Positions 28,745 through 38,102 are shown, numbered from the stretch's first letter. The stretch: DNA of 64,000 nucleotides from Gemmatimonadota bacterium (GCA_039589315.1 JBDHHQ010000015.1:32001-96000); one strand, 5' to 3'. Translations and numbers: made by a program. The notes: generated by a model from the letters alone, not told the origin.

Positions 28745-30556
28745 TTAGCGTGACGCCCGGGATCGCTTCACGCCGTCTCGGGCCAGAGCTTCCCTGAGGA
28801 TCAGGTAGTTCCGTAGTACCCGGTGGCGTGCCACCCGCGTACCGATCGGGACCAGACCCAACCTCTTCCTCCACGTAACCTGCGCCCGGCCAACCCTGCC
28901 GCTCACCTTCCGTCGTAGCTTCCCCAGCAGATCACCCTCCCGAAGGACCAGATCCACCAGCGTGCCGGCCAGGTCGGGCGGGAGCGCCTCGTCCAGTCGG
29001 CTGTCCACCTCGGCCGCCGCGTACCTCAGCTGGTGCGCCTGGGAGCTGCTTTCGTTCCTGAGATCCACGAGGTAGCCGTGGGTCCGCGCCCTGGGGAGCT
29101 GGAAGACCCGAGGCAGAGCCTTCTCCACCGCTCTCTGATAGATGCAGGACGCCCTCTGCTCCTGGCTGATCATCTCCGTCCAATCCAGGAGCTCGTAGTC
29201 CATCAATGGCCACCGGACCTTCATGAATCGCCCCGGGAACTGTCGACGCCACGGGACGAGGGTATTCGGGAAGCGCTGGTCCAGAAAGTAGTAACCACGA
29301 CTCCTCCCCGGGCCGGCGGCCTCCTGCACGCCTGCGATGTCCTCACCGACGCCTTCGACGAACGCCTGATACATCCCTCGGGGCAGGTGCGGCGCGAGCC
29401 ACCGCACACGGTGGAACTCCCGCATCTTCCCGGGCGCGTGGCGACCGTGGTAAACCCGGCGAAAGGCATTGTCCCCGAGGTAATGGTCGCCCACGAACAG
29501 GACGGGATTGGGCACGGTTCGCACGTCCCTCTCCAGGGCCTCCCAGGCGTGTACCTCGTCCACCGGTGGGGCCGTGCCCCTGCCCAGGCGGGCGTTGCTC
29601 CGGATGTGCCGTACCATGCTCCCATGGTAGCTCTGGTACATCCGGTGCTCGTAGCCGAGAGTCTCTGCCAGCTGGCGGGCGACGAACGGGTCCGATCCCG
29701 GCCTGGCGCGGCCATGGACGTACGAGAAGCAACGCACGTCCTCCACTCCGGCCGCGTCAGCGAACAAACCCGCGATCGAGGCCGAATCCCAACCACCGCT
29801 CAGTGACAGGTAGGGAACGGGATCATCGGAAAGCTGACGCCGGACGGCTCGCATCAGCCGCCTGACCAATTCCTCCGCCATCTCCCGGTCCCCGGCACCG
29901 ATTCCGTCTGGCGAGGGGCTCACGTCCCAATACCGGGTGGACTCGATCCCGCTGGAGCTCACGTAGTTGAGCGATGCCCTCGGGAGAGCACGGATGCCGG
30001 CATAAGGCGTACGGCCTGCGTGGGTGATGCCGTTGGCCAGGTACCAGGCAACGCCTACCGGATCGATGCGGAAGCGCTCGGTCGGCAGCACGCCCACGTC
30101 CGACCCGACCCAGTGGCTCCCTGCCTTGATCCCGTGGAGAACCCGCTGGGAGCCGATCCGGTCGGTGCCCAGCATCACCCGATCCATGACCCTGTCCACC
30201 ACCAGGAGGGCGAAGGAGCCGTTCAAGTCCCGGGCGAAGTCCTTTCCCATCTCCAGGTAGCGGTGGGCGACCGCCGCCGCGTCCCGGCAACCTTCGAGGA
30301 ACAGCTCGCCCTGGAGGACGATCGTGACCCGGCCCGTCGGATCGGAGTCGAACGTGACGCCGGGCCCGAAGCCCAGGTTGACCGTGAGGCTGGGCGTCTC
30401 CATGGCGAGGAGCGGCTCAGCGCCATAGGTGTCCAGGAATCGGCGCCGGCTCTCGGCGGACGATTGTGCGTCGGCTCTCGGCGTGAGACAGCCGAAGAAA
30501 CCGGTTGCCCGATCCACGCCCGGGAAGGTGGACTGCAGCGTCTTGAGTAGGAACAC
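28745..30556 (-). CDS. Asparagine synthetase-related protein with degenerate glutaminase domain (start uncertain)
   Basis: LNGSFAL, TDRIG in an Ntn-like region; ATP-pyrophosphatase loop LSLSGGWDS; RWPLMD; no N-terminal Cys. Confidence 0.75.
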   Translation of the reverse strand: MFLLKTLQSTFPGVDRATGFFGCLTPRADAQSSAESRRRFLDTYGAEPLLAMETPSLTVNLGFGPGVTFDSDPTGRVTIVLQGELFLEGCRDAAAVAHRYLEMGKDFARDLNGSFALLVVDRVMDRVMLGTDRIGSQRVLHGIKAGSHWVGSDVGVLPTERFRIDPVGVAWYLANGITHAGRTPYAGIRALPRASLNYVSSSGIESTRYWDVSPSPDGIGAGDREMAEELVRRLMRAVRRQLSDDPVPYLSLSGGWDSASIAGLFADAAGVEDVRCFSYVHGRARPGSDPFVARQLAETLGYEHRMYQSYHGSMVRHIRSNARLGRGTAPPVDEVHAWEALERDVRTVPNPVLFVGDHYLGDNAFRRVYHGRHAPGKMREFHRVRWLAPHLPRGMYQAFVEGVGEDIAGVQEAAGPGRSRGYYFLDQRFPNTLVPWRRQFPGRFMKVRWPLMDYELLDWTEMISQEQRASCIYQRAVEKALPRVFQLPRARTHGYLVDLRNESSSQAHQLRYAAAEVDSRLDEALPPDLAGTLVDLVLREGDLLGKLRRKVSGRVGRAQVTWRKRLGLVPIGTRVARHRVLRNYLILREALARDGVKRSRASR

Positions 30557-30849
30557 GGGGTCTTCCCTGGGACTGCGACCGTAGGAGCTCTCGAGTGCTC
30601 GATTGCGGGAGCCGGAGGAAAGTCCAGCAAGAGCCGGACCCCTTCGGGGTCTCAGGTCGGAAGCGCAGGTGACTCAGGGAGATTCGGAGGGCGAAGCCAG
30701 CGAAAAGGGGGTGTTCCAGGCCTCGCGGGTGTGGCCGGCGAACGACATGGCTCCCGATGGGGCGCAACACCCCGAAGAGGCTGCGCCGCTGCTCCGAGCG
30801 AGCTCGCGGCGCTGTCGCCGGTCCGGTCCCCGAGCTGCCGACGTTGCCG

Positions 30850-32091
30850 TCAGCGGGCCGGTCGGTTGAGGTACACAGCGTTGGGCCCGTCCGAGTTCGC
30901 CACGGCCACGTCGGGAAAACCGTCCCCGTCCACGTCGCCCACCGCCACACCGTACGTCACACCGTCGTCGAGACCGAATGAGGATCGCTGGAAGGACCGC
31001 CCGTCACCGTCGTTCAGGAACACCGCGTTCGACCGGTCGGCGTTCCCGGTCACGATGTCCAAGTCGCCATCCCGATCGAGGTCTGCCAGCGCGAGGCTAT
31101 ACGTTTGGGCGTCCGTAGAGTCGAACTCCACACCATCGCCCCGGTTCGGGCCGAAGCCGAACTGCCCGGACCCATCGCCGAAGTAGACTCGGTTCGGCTC
31201 CCCGATGTTGGCCGTCACGATGTCCAGGTGACCGTCTCCGTCCAAATCGCCGAGGGCCACCGCCCGCGTTTCATCTTGACCCGTTCCGTAGGCATGGCCG
31301 TCCGCGAAGCCGGCTTCACCGTCGTTCAGGTAGACAGCATTCGGTTGGCCGTCCCGGTTGGCCAGTACCAGATCGGCGTCGCCGTCCGCGTCGACGTCGG
31401 CCGCCGCGACCGAAATGGTCGAGTCGTCCCTCGAGCCGAAGGGCACCGAGTGCTCGAAGCCCGCGGCACCGTCGTTGAAGTGGATGGCGTTCGGGGCGCC
31501 CCGGTTCGTGATCAGGATGTCCATGGCGCCATCCCCGTTCATATCTGCCAAGGTCAACGACCGGGTCGGGGCGACCGGATCGCCGAACTCACCCTCCTGA
31601 TGGAAGCGCCCACCGCCGTCGTTCAGGAAGATCATGTTGCGGGTACGGTCGTTGCCCACCGCCACGTCCAGGTCGCCGTCGCCATCGAGATCGGCCAGGG
31701 CCGCCGCGTAGGACGTGGCCCAGTCCGTGCCCAGTGACCGCCGGAGCAGGAAGCCCCCCACGCCGTTGTTGAGGAAGACCTCGTTCTCCCCCGCCCAGTG
31801 ACGACCGTTGGCCACCACCACGTCGAGGTCGCCGTCGCCGTCCACGTCCCCGAACGTCAGCGACGCTGACCGATCCAACCCGGTGCCCAGCCAACCGTAC
31901 CGGGGCATCTCGAAGACCCGGCTCTGGCCAGCGAGCGCCCAGGGCGCCATTGCTCCGAGCAGGATGCCCATCAGAGTCGCACGCGCCCGCCCCTGGCGTA
32001 CGCCGCGCGGTTTCGGGGGCACGCTATGGTCCTCGGCTCGGCCCCGCAGCTCGTGAGTCACCGTCGTCCGCCCTGACCCGTGGGCACTCAC
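30850..32091 (-). CDS. Secreted FG-GAP/VCBS-repeat beta-propeller protein
   Basis: Seven ~47-aa repeats D-x-D-G-D-G-x-x-D-h-h-x-x-N...N-x-h-x-x-N-D-G; start 32091 (GTGA overlap) or 31971. Confidence 0.85.
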   Translation of the reverse strand: MSAHGSGRTTVTHELRGRAEDHSVPPKPRGVRQGRARATLMGILLGAMAPWALAGQSRVFEMPRYGWLGTGLDRSASLTFGDVDGDGDLDVVVANGRHWAGENEVFLNNGVGGFLLRRSLGTDWATSYAAALADLDGDGDLDVAVGNDRTRNMIFLNDGGGRFHQEGEFGDPVAPTRSLTLADMNGDGAMDILITNRGAPNAIHFNDGAAGFEHSVPFGSRDDSTISVAAADVDADGDADLVLANRDGQPNAVYLNDGEAGFADGHAYGTGQDETRAVALGDLDGDGHLDIVTANIGEPNRVYFGDGSGQFGFGPNRGDGVEFDSTDAQTYSLALADLDRDGDLDIVTGNADRSNAVFLNDGDGRSFQRSSFGLDDGVTYGVAVGDVDGDGFPDVAVANSDGPNAVYLNRPAR

Positions 32092-33478
32092 GGCACATTG
32101 CCCCCGGTACCCCGACCCAGGTGCCGGTCCAGTTGATCGTCCAATGCCGCGATGAGCTCGGCATCCGCGTCGGCCACGATGTTGGTCAGCTCATGCGGGT
32201 CCTCGGTGAGGTCGTACAGCTCGTCCATGCCGTCGAGCTCCTCGTACCGGATGTACTTGTGGCGCTCCGTCCGAAGGGCTCGGTATCCCATGTTCGCGAC
32301 GCGTGGGAAGACCTCGTCCGTGTAGTACTCGATGGCGAAGCTGTCCCGCCAATCCCCCACCGGCGACCCTCCCACGATCGGGACCATGGAGAGGCCGTTC
32401 ATGTCCGACGGTGGCACCACGTTACCCAGCTCGAGCAGCGTTGGCGCCATGTCCAGGTTGGTGGCCAGCGAGGTCACTACGGATCCGGGCGGAGCCAGGG
32501 GTGGGTATCGGATGATGAGGGGAATCCGGATGCTGGGCTCATACGCCAGCCTGCGCTCCTGCGCCAATCCGAATTCCCCATAGAAGAACCCCTGATCGCT
32601 GGTCAAGACGATCACCGTGTTGTCGGCTTCGCCGACCTCTTCCAGCGCGCCCATGATCTCGCCCACTCCACGGTCCACGGCGCTCAACATGCGGAGACGG
32701 CCCAGGATCACGTCGTCGGGCGTGCCGCCCGGGGGACTCCGGGGGTCGTCGTAATCCGTCGTGCGGGCCAGCGCTCCCCGGGTGCCGGTGGGAAGCTGCG
32801 CACACGGCCCGGCAGCACCTCGGGGTGGACGGCCTTGTGGGCGACGAAGACCACGAAGGGCCGCTCCCGGTCGGTCCCGCGGATGAAGTCGGTGGCGTAA
32901 CGGGTGAGGATGTCCGTCATGTACCCCGACTCCTTGGCGGCAACGCCGTCGAGGTTCATGTCGGGGTCGAAGTACACGCCCTGTCCTACGAAGCTGACCC
33001 ATCGATCGAAGCCGGGTCGCGGGCTGTCGTCCTCATGCCCCATGTGCCACTTGCCCACGAACCCGGATTGGTAGCCCGCCGCGTTCAGCAACGCCGGAAA
33101 CGTAGGGATCGCGTGGCTCTCCGCGGCGCGTTCTCCATTGTCGAGGATGCCGTTGCTATGCGGGTATTGACCGGTGAGAAAGACCGCCCGGCTCGGCGAG
33201 CACAGGGGCGCGACGGTGAAGTAGTTGTCGAACCGCGCTCCTTCGGCCGCCAACCGATCGATGTTCGGGAGCTCCACGAAGGGATGGTCGTAAATGTCGT
33301 CGGCCCGGACGTCGTCGAGAAGGATAAAGACGACGTTGGGACGGGTGTCGGTGGCTGACGGTTCGCGCCCGCCACAGGCCGACGACCCCGTCGTCGTGGC
33401 GAGGACGATCAGCGCCGTCAGCAAGCCCCCGTGGGTGCTCCGTGCAAAGGTAGGGGTGGAAGTGTCGGCTCTGGTCAT
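32088..33478 (-). pseudogene. Formylglycine-dependent sulfatase lipoprotein, frameshifted near 32780
   Basis: N-half (lipobox SSAC, PNVVFILLDD, CSPSR, GKWH, HKAVH) and C-half (AVDRGVG, TSDQG, YEPSIRIP, ELYDL...DP) lie in different frames, joined at CCCGGGGAGCG. Confidence 0.85.
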
Positions 33479-33827
33479 GGAATGCTCTCGCGGTGGAGGG
33501 ACGACACGACGAACCTGCCCGGGCCGGAGCCACCGCCGCAAGCACCGGCGCACGGGCGGCGGCGGACAGATTCGCCCTCGTCCCCCGGGGAGCCCGCTCG
33601 GTTCCGTTCATCCCGACCGACTACATGTCACCGGGACCAGTTGGAGGACCTGGTCGCCGCCGGGGAGGTCGTGTCGATGGTCCACGAGGCGCCCAGCGTC
33701 CGGTGGCCGTCGGCCAGCACGCCTTCTCACCTCGATGAGCCGGTCTCTTGCACCCCGACCCGTGGCCCATTCTCTTGACCTCCCCGCCCCATCGAGCTCG
33801 ATCGCCTGTCGCAGGAGGAAGTTCGGC

Positions 33828-35465
33828 ATGAAGACCCGCTCGCGTCTCCCGCTCTGGACCGCCCCGGTGGCCAGTCTCGCACTGCTCGGCCCCCTTCCTC
33901 TCCTGGCTCAAGCGGCCGACTTCGGAGAACTGGCCGAAGGACCGTACGATCGGCTGGTTATCCAGGGCGCCATGGTCATCCCGGGTCACGGTGGACCACC
34001 CGTGGGCCCGTACGACATCCTCGTCGAAGGCAACACGATCTCCGAGATGGTCCCCTTCGACCCGGTGACCGCCGAGCGGCGGGGCGACACCGAGCGTATG
34101 ACCGGCGACCGCATCATCGACGCCGAAGGCATGTACGTCATGCCCGGCATGATCGATCTCCACATGCACCTCCGGCAGGAGCCCATGGAGATCGAATACC
34201 CCTATTACCTCAAGCTCGCGCACGGTGTGACGACGCTCGTGCCCGCACCGGACCGTGGTCTCGAAGACGGAATGGAGCAGGCACGCCTCTCGGAGCAGAA
34301 CCAGATCCTGGCCCCGCGGCTCTATCCAATCTGGCGCTGGGGCAGCGGAACCGAGTACGACCCTGCCTTCATCGAGGACCCGGCCAACGCCCCGCAGATC
34401 GCCGGCGAAATGGTGGCAGCGGGCGCCCACGTCGTGAGCCTGGGCAGCGTGACCTGGAGTGAGGAGCTCTTCGGCGCGGTGGCGAACGCCGTGTACGACG
34501 CCGGAGGGCTCACGACGATTCACCTGCCCCCTTCGACCAACGCCGTGGTCGACGCTGTGGCGGCGGCCCGGCTGGGCGCGACCATGATCGAGCACCACTA
34601 CGGCTACGCGGAATCCGCCCTCGATCGGTCGGTCCAGGACTTCCCCCGGGAGTACAACTACAACAACGAGAACGACCGCTTCCGGCACGCGGGCAAGGTA
34701 TGGGTCGAAGCCAACAACACCGCCAAGGATCGCCTTCTGAACGATGTCGTCGACTCCCTGGTGGCGTATGGGGTCACCATGCTGCCTACGCGTGTCGTAT
34801 ACGAAGCCAACCGGGACTTCCTCCGGGCCGCCAACCTCCCGTGGCACGAGAAGTACACGCACCAAGCGCTGGTCAATTGGAATCTGCCCAACCCAGCGTA
34901 CCACGGCTCGTACCACTACGACTGGACGTCCGACGACGAGCAGTATTGGTACACGGCCTTCGACCTCTGGGGCGACCTGATCTACGAGTTCAACAAGCGG
35001 GGCGGCCGCGTCGCCTACGGGACCGATGACAACTACATCTGGGCCACCCCGGGATTCTCCAACATCCGGGAGCTGCAGCTGCTCCGAGAGAGCGGCATGC
35101 ACAACCTCGAGGTGATCAAGGCCGCCACGCTGAACAGCGCCGAGACGCTGCGGAAGCCCGAGCTGGGGCTGGTGCACCCAGGCTACAAGGCCGATCTGGT
35201 CATCGTGGACGGGAATCCCGCCTACAACCTGCGCTTCATGTACTCGTTTGGAGCGCTTCGCCTGGACGACGATGGCCAGATGGTCCGAACCCAAGGCATC
35301 GTGCATACGATCAAGGACGGCATCGTCATCGAAAACGACCGGCTGATGGAAGAGATCGCCGAGATGGTGGCGCGCTCCAAGGAAGGCGTGGGACCCAACG
35401 TCATGGAGCAGCCCTTCCTGACCCCCCGACGCACGACATTCGACGGCTCCCCCGGAGGTAGCTGA
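33828..35465 (+). CDS. Secreted amidohydrolase-family protein (paralog 2)
   Basis: AGGAGG RBS; signal peptide; MPGMIDLHMH, GTDD, KADLVIVDGNP; colinear with 25281..26924. Confidence 0.88.
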   Translation: MKTRSRLPLWTAPVASLALLGPLPLLAQAADFGELAEGPYDRLVIQGAMVIPGHGGPPVGPYDILVEGNTISEMVPFDPVTAERRGDTERMTGDRIIDAEGMYVMPGMIDLHMHLRQEPMEIEYPYYLKLAHGVTTLVPAPDRGLEDGMEQARLSEQNQILAPRLYPIWRWGSGTEYDPAFIEDPANAPQIAGEMVAAGAHVVSLGSVTWSEELFGAVANAVYDAGGLTTIHLPPSTNAVVDAVAAARLGATMIEHHYGYAESALDRSVQDFPREYNYNNENDRFRHAGKVWVEANNTAKDRLLNDVVDSLVAYGVTMLPTRVVYEANRDFLRAANLPWHEKYTHQALVNWNLPNPAYHGSYHYDWTSDDEQYWYTAFDLWGDLIYEFNKRGGRVAYGTDDNYIWATPGFSNIRELQLLRESGMHNLEVIKAATLNSAETLRKPELGLVHPGYKADLVIVDGNPAYNLRFMYSFGALRLDDDGQMVRTQGIVHTIKDGIVIENDRLMEEIAEMVARSKEGVGPNVMEQPFLTPRRTTFDGSPGGS

Positions 35466-35475
35466 CCCGGCGCCC

Positions 35476-36672
35476 GTGCCAAGGGAGGGCCCTCTGGACA
35501 TCGCGAAGCTCCGCGCCGACACCCCTGGGTGCCAGCACGTCAAGCATCTGAACAACGCCGGGGCGGGCCTCATGCCCGCCCCGGTCGTTTCGGCGATCCG
35601 GGATCATCTCGAGCTGGAGAGCCGCGTAGGCGGCTATGAGGCCGCGGATCTGCGCCGCGAGGCGGTGGAGGACACCCGTGCAGCCGTAGCGGCTCTCATC
35701 GGCGCCGCTCCGCGCAACATCGCCTTCATGGAGAATGCGACGGTAGCGTTCAACGCCGCCGTGTCGGCGATCCCCTTTGAATCCGGTGATGCCCTCCTTA
35801 CGACCCGAGCCGACTACACCTCCAATCAGATCGCGTATCTGTCCCTTGCCCAACGCTTCGGCATCGACGTGATACGGGCGCCCGACCTACCGGAGGGCGG
35901 CGTGGACCCCATGGCGGCGGCCGAGATCATCCACCGTCGGCGACCGAAGGTCGTGGCCATGACCCACGTGCCCACGAATTCAGGCCTCGTACAACAGATC
36001 GCCCCCCTTGGGCTCGTGTGCCGCGAGCGAGGCATCCCCTTCATCGTCGATGCGTGTCAGTCCGTGGGACAGCTCGCCCTCGATGTCGGCGATATCGAAT
36101 GTGACTTCCTCTCCGCCACGGCCCGCAAATTCCTCCGCGGACCTCGCGGATGCGGGTTTCTCTATGTTTCGGACCGCGCACTGGACGGCGGACTCGAACC
36201 GTTGTTCATCGATATGCAGGGCGCACATTGGATAGCGGACGACCTCTACCAACCGGTGCCAGACGCTCTGCGCTTCGAAAACTGGGAGTTTGCCTACGCG
36301 CTCGTCCTCGGGCTGGGAGCGGCGGCCGAATATGCCATCGACCTCAGCCTGGACGCAGTAGAGCCTCGCGTGAAGCAGTTGGCGGAACATACCCGAGCCC
36401 GGTTGGCGAGTGTATCGGGAGTCACCGTTCTCGACCGCGGCTCGGAACGATGCGGTATCGTGACAGCCGACATAGCGGGACATTCACCCACGGATGTCGT
36501 CGCTACCCTCCGCGAGCGAGCGATCAACACGAGCGCCTCACTCTGGGAGTACGCGGTCCTCGATTTCGGCGAAAAGGCCGTTGAGGGCGCCGTCCGGATC
36601 TCGCCCCACTACTACAACACCGAGGCGGAGATAGACGCCGCCGTGGAAGTGATCGCCCAACTGGTGGCGTAG
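35476..36672 (+). CDS. Class V PLP enzyme (cysteine desulfurase-like fold, no catalytic Cys)
   Basis: HLNNAG, DACQSVG, ATARKFLRGP, RISPHYYN; lacks the RxGHHC/SACS persulfide motif. Confidence 0.85.
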   Translation: MPREGPLDIAKLRADTPGCQHVKHLNNAGAGLMPAPVVSAIRDHLELESRVGGYEAADLRREAVEDTRAAVAALIGAAPRNIAFMENATVAFNAAVSAIPFESGDALLTTRADYTSNQIAYLSLAQRFGIDVIRAPDLPEGGVDPMAAAEIIHRRRPKVVAMTHVPTNSGLVQQIAPLGLVCRERGIPFIVDACQSVGQLALDVGDIECDFLSATARKFLRGPRGCGFLYVSDRALDGGLEPLFIDMQGAHWIADDLYQPVPDALRFENWEFAYALVLGLGAAAEYAIDLSLDAVEPRVKQLAEHTRARLASVSGVTVLDRGSERCGIVTADIAGHSPTDVVATLRERAINTSASLWEYAVLDFGEKAVEGAVRISPHYYNTEAEIDAAVEVIAQLVA

Positions 36673-36792
36673 TCGGAAGCGCGCGTCGTCGGACCCCGCG
36701 CACTGGCCGCAACCGACCGGTCCGATCCGGAAGCTGCGACCAAGGGTCTGCCTCGGTGCTCTCCGGGCTTCGTCTACCCTCCGTCGAGTGGG

Positions 36793-37683
36793 CTAGAGAA
36801 CGGGGTCCACGCCCATGCCCATGGCGTGGTAGCCCTTGTCGACGTACACGGTCGAGCCCGTGATCCCCGATGCCAGGGGGCTACAGAGGAACGCTGCCGT
36901 CTGACCTACCTCCTCGGCCGTGTTGGCCTCGGGCAGCGCGGCGTTCTGTTGGTAGTAGTCCACCATCGCACCGATGGCGCCGATGGCCCTGGCCGCCCGA
37001 CTGGCCAGCGGCCCCGCGCTGATCGTATTCACGCGGATGCCGAACTTTCGACCAGCCTCGAACGCCAGCGTGCGTGTGTCGCTCTCGAGGGCGGCCTTGG
37101 CCGATGACATTCCTCCGCCATAACCGGGCACGACGCGCTCGGACGCCATGTACGTCAGCGAGACCACGGCCCCGCCAGGGGCCATGATAGGACCGAACCG
37201 TTGGATCATGCTCACCAGCGAGTAGGCGCTGGCGCTCAGGGCGGCCAGGTAGCCGGCCCTCGACGTCTCGATCAGAGGCTTCTGCACCTCAGGGGCATTG
37301 GCCAGCGAATGCACGAGCACGTCGCACGCGGGCATGCCGTGGTCGGCGACCAGCCGGTCCACGACGCCCTGAATGGAGTAGGCTTCCAGCTCGGCGTACC
37401 GCTTGTCCTGCCGGACATCGTCGGGCACCGCGTCGTCGGTGTCGAATACGGCATCGAGGGGGTAGATCCCCTCGATCTCCAGCTCACCGCCGCCGGGGAG
37501 GGCCGTGTCCAGCTTCCCCCGCTCCAGGCCGCGGGTGAAGATCCGCATCACCGGCGGCCAGGTGCCGACGCAGATCTTCGCGCCCGCCGATGCAAGAGCC
37601 TTGACGATGGCCCAGCCGTAGCCACGGTCGTCGGCCACTCCAGCTACGAAGGCGCGCTTTCCAGCCAGATCGATGGACAGCAT
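36793..37683 (-). CDS. fabI: Enoyl-ACP reductase, plastid/chlamydial type
   Basis: AFVAGVADDRGYGWAI, GTWPP, YPLDA, HSLANAPEV, YGGGMSSAK, ISAGPLASRA. Confidence 0.9.
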   Translation of the reverse strand: MLSIDLAGKRAFVAGVADDRGYGWAIVKALASAGAKICVGTWPPVMRIFTRGLERGKLDTALPGGGELEIEGIYPLDAVFDTDDAVPDDVRQDKRYAELEAYSIQGVVDRLVADHGMPACDVLVHSLANAPEVQKPLIETSRAGYLAALSASAYSLVSMIQRFGPIMAPGGAVVSLTYMASERVVPGYGGGMSSAKAALESDTRTLAFEAGRKFGIRVNTISAGPLASRAARAIGAIGAMVDYYQQNAALPEANTAEEVGQTAAFLCSPLASGITGSTVYVDKGYHAMGMGVDPVL

Positions 37684-37796
37684 GGTGCCCCTCGTCATTT
37701 GTCGGCGTTGGCAGGGCGTCCTCCCGACCCCGCTGTCGAATCGCAAAGCTACCCGCGAGGACGGAGGGAGGGTAGGCTGGAGGAGAGCCGGCCGCA

Positions 37797-37825
37797 GGAA
37801 ACCCTGAGCGGCTCAGCCTCGTCTA
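37797..37825 (+). promoter_or_regulatory. Candidate ECF-sigma promoter with internal palindrome
   Basis: GGAAAC-N17-CGTCTA; spacer contains CTGAGC-G-GCTCAG (37804-37816); 37 nt upstream of the Cys-rich ORF. Confidence 0.4.
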
Positions 37826-37862
37826 TAGAAGAGGACGCCGGGAACGGAACCGAACGAGGAGG

Positions 37863-38102
37863 ATGGGGATGATCGGCGACTTGTTGGCCTGGTACATGGA
37901 AGGCTTCACCGCCTTCTGGCACGGGATCTTCGGCGGCGGGCTCGCCCAGCTCGTCCTCATCGGCTTCTTGATCTGGTGGTTTTTCTGCCGACGGCGCAAC
38001 GGCTGCTGCTGCCACCACTGCGGGTGCTGGTGCGGACGGTGTCGGTGTGAAGAGGTCCGGCTGGAGGAAGAGGAGAAGGTCGACAAGACCCAGGAGGGCT
38101 GA
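37863..38102 (+). CDS. Small membrane protein with Cys/His-rich tail
   Basis: GAGGAGG RBS; TM segment LAQLVLIGFLIWWFF then CRRRNGCCCHHCGCWCGRCRC and an acidic end; GC-rich third codon positions. Confidence 0.7.
   Translation: MGMIGDLLAWYMEGFTAFWHGIFGGGLAQLVLIGFLIWWFFCRRRNGCCCHHCGCWCGRCRCEEVRLEEEEKVDKTQEG

Noticed and set aside
30674..30748. Lasso-peptide precursor MSFAGHTREAWNTPFSLASPSESP upstream of the Asn-synthetase-like gene
   Set aside because: Only 24 aa, RBS spacing too short, no Thr(-2)/core with Asp or Glu at positions 7-9, and no B1/B2 genes.
30600..30850. RNase P RNA (rnpB)
   Set aside because: Only GAGGAAAGTCC matches; the P4 partner and other conserved regions are missing and the space is short.
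30850..31900. DNA-level repeats in the FG-GAP gene as a mobile or diversity-generating element
   Set aside because: Fully explained by protein beta-propeller repeats; no reverse transcriptase or near-identical template copy.
33480..33827. Gene remnant between sulfatase and amidohydrolase
   Set aside because: Some coding-like codon pattern, but no recognisable motif in any frame.
35476..36672. Second sufS/csdA
   Set aside because: Lacks the catalytic cysteine motif; the real sufS is at 53845..55089.
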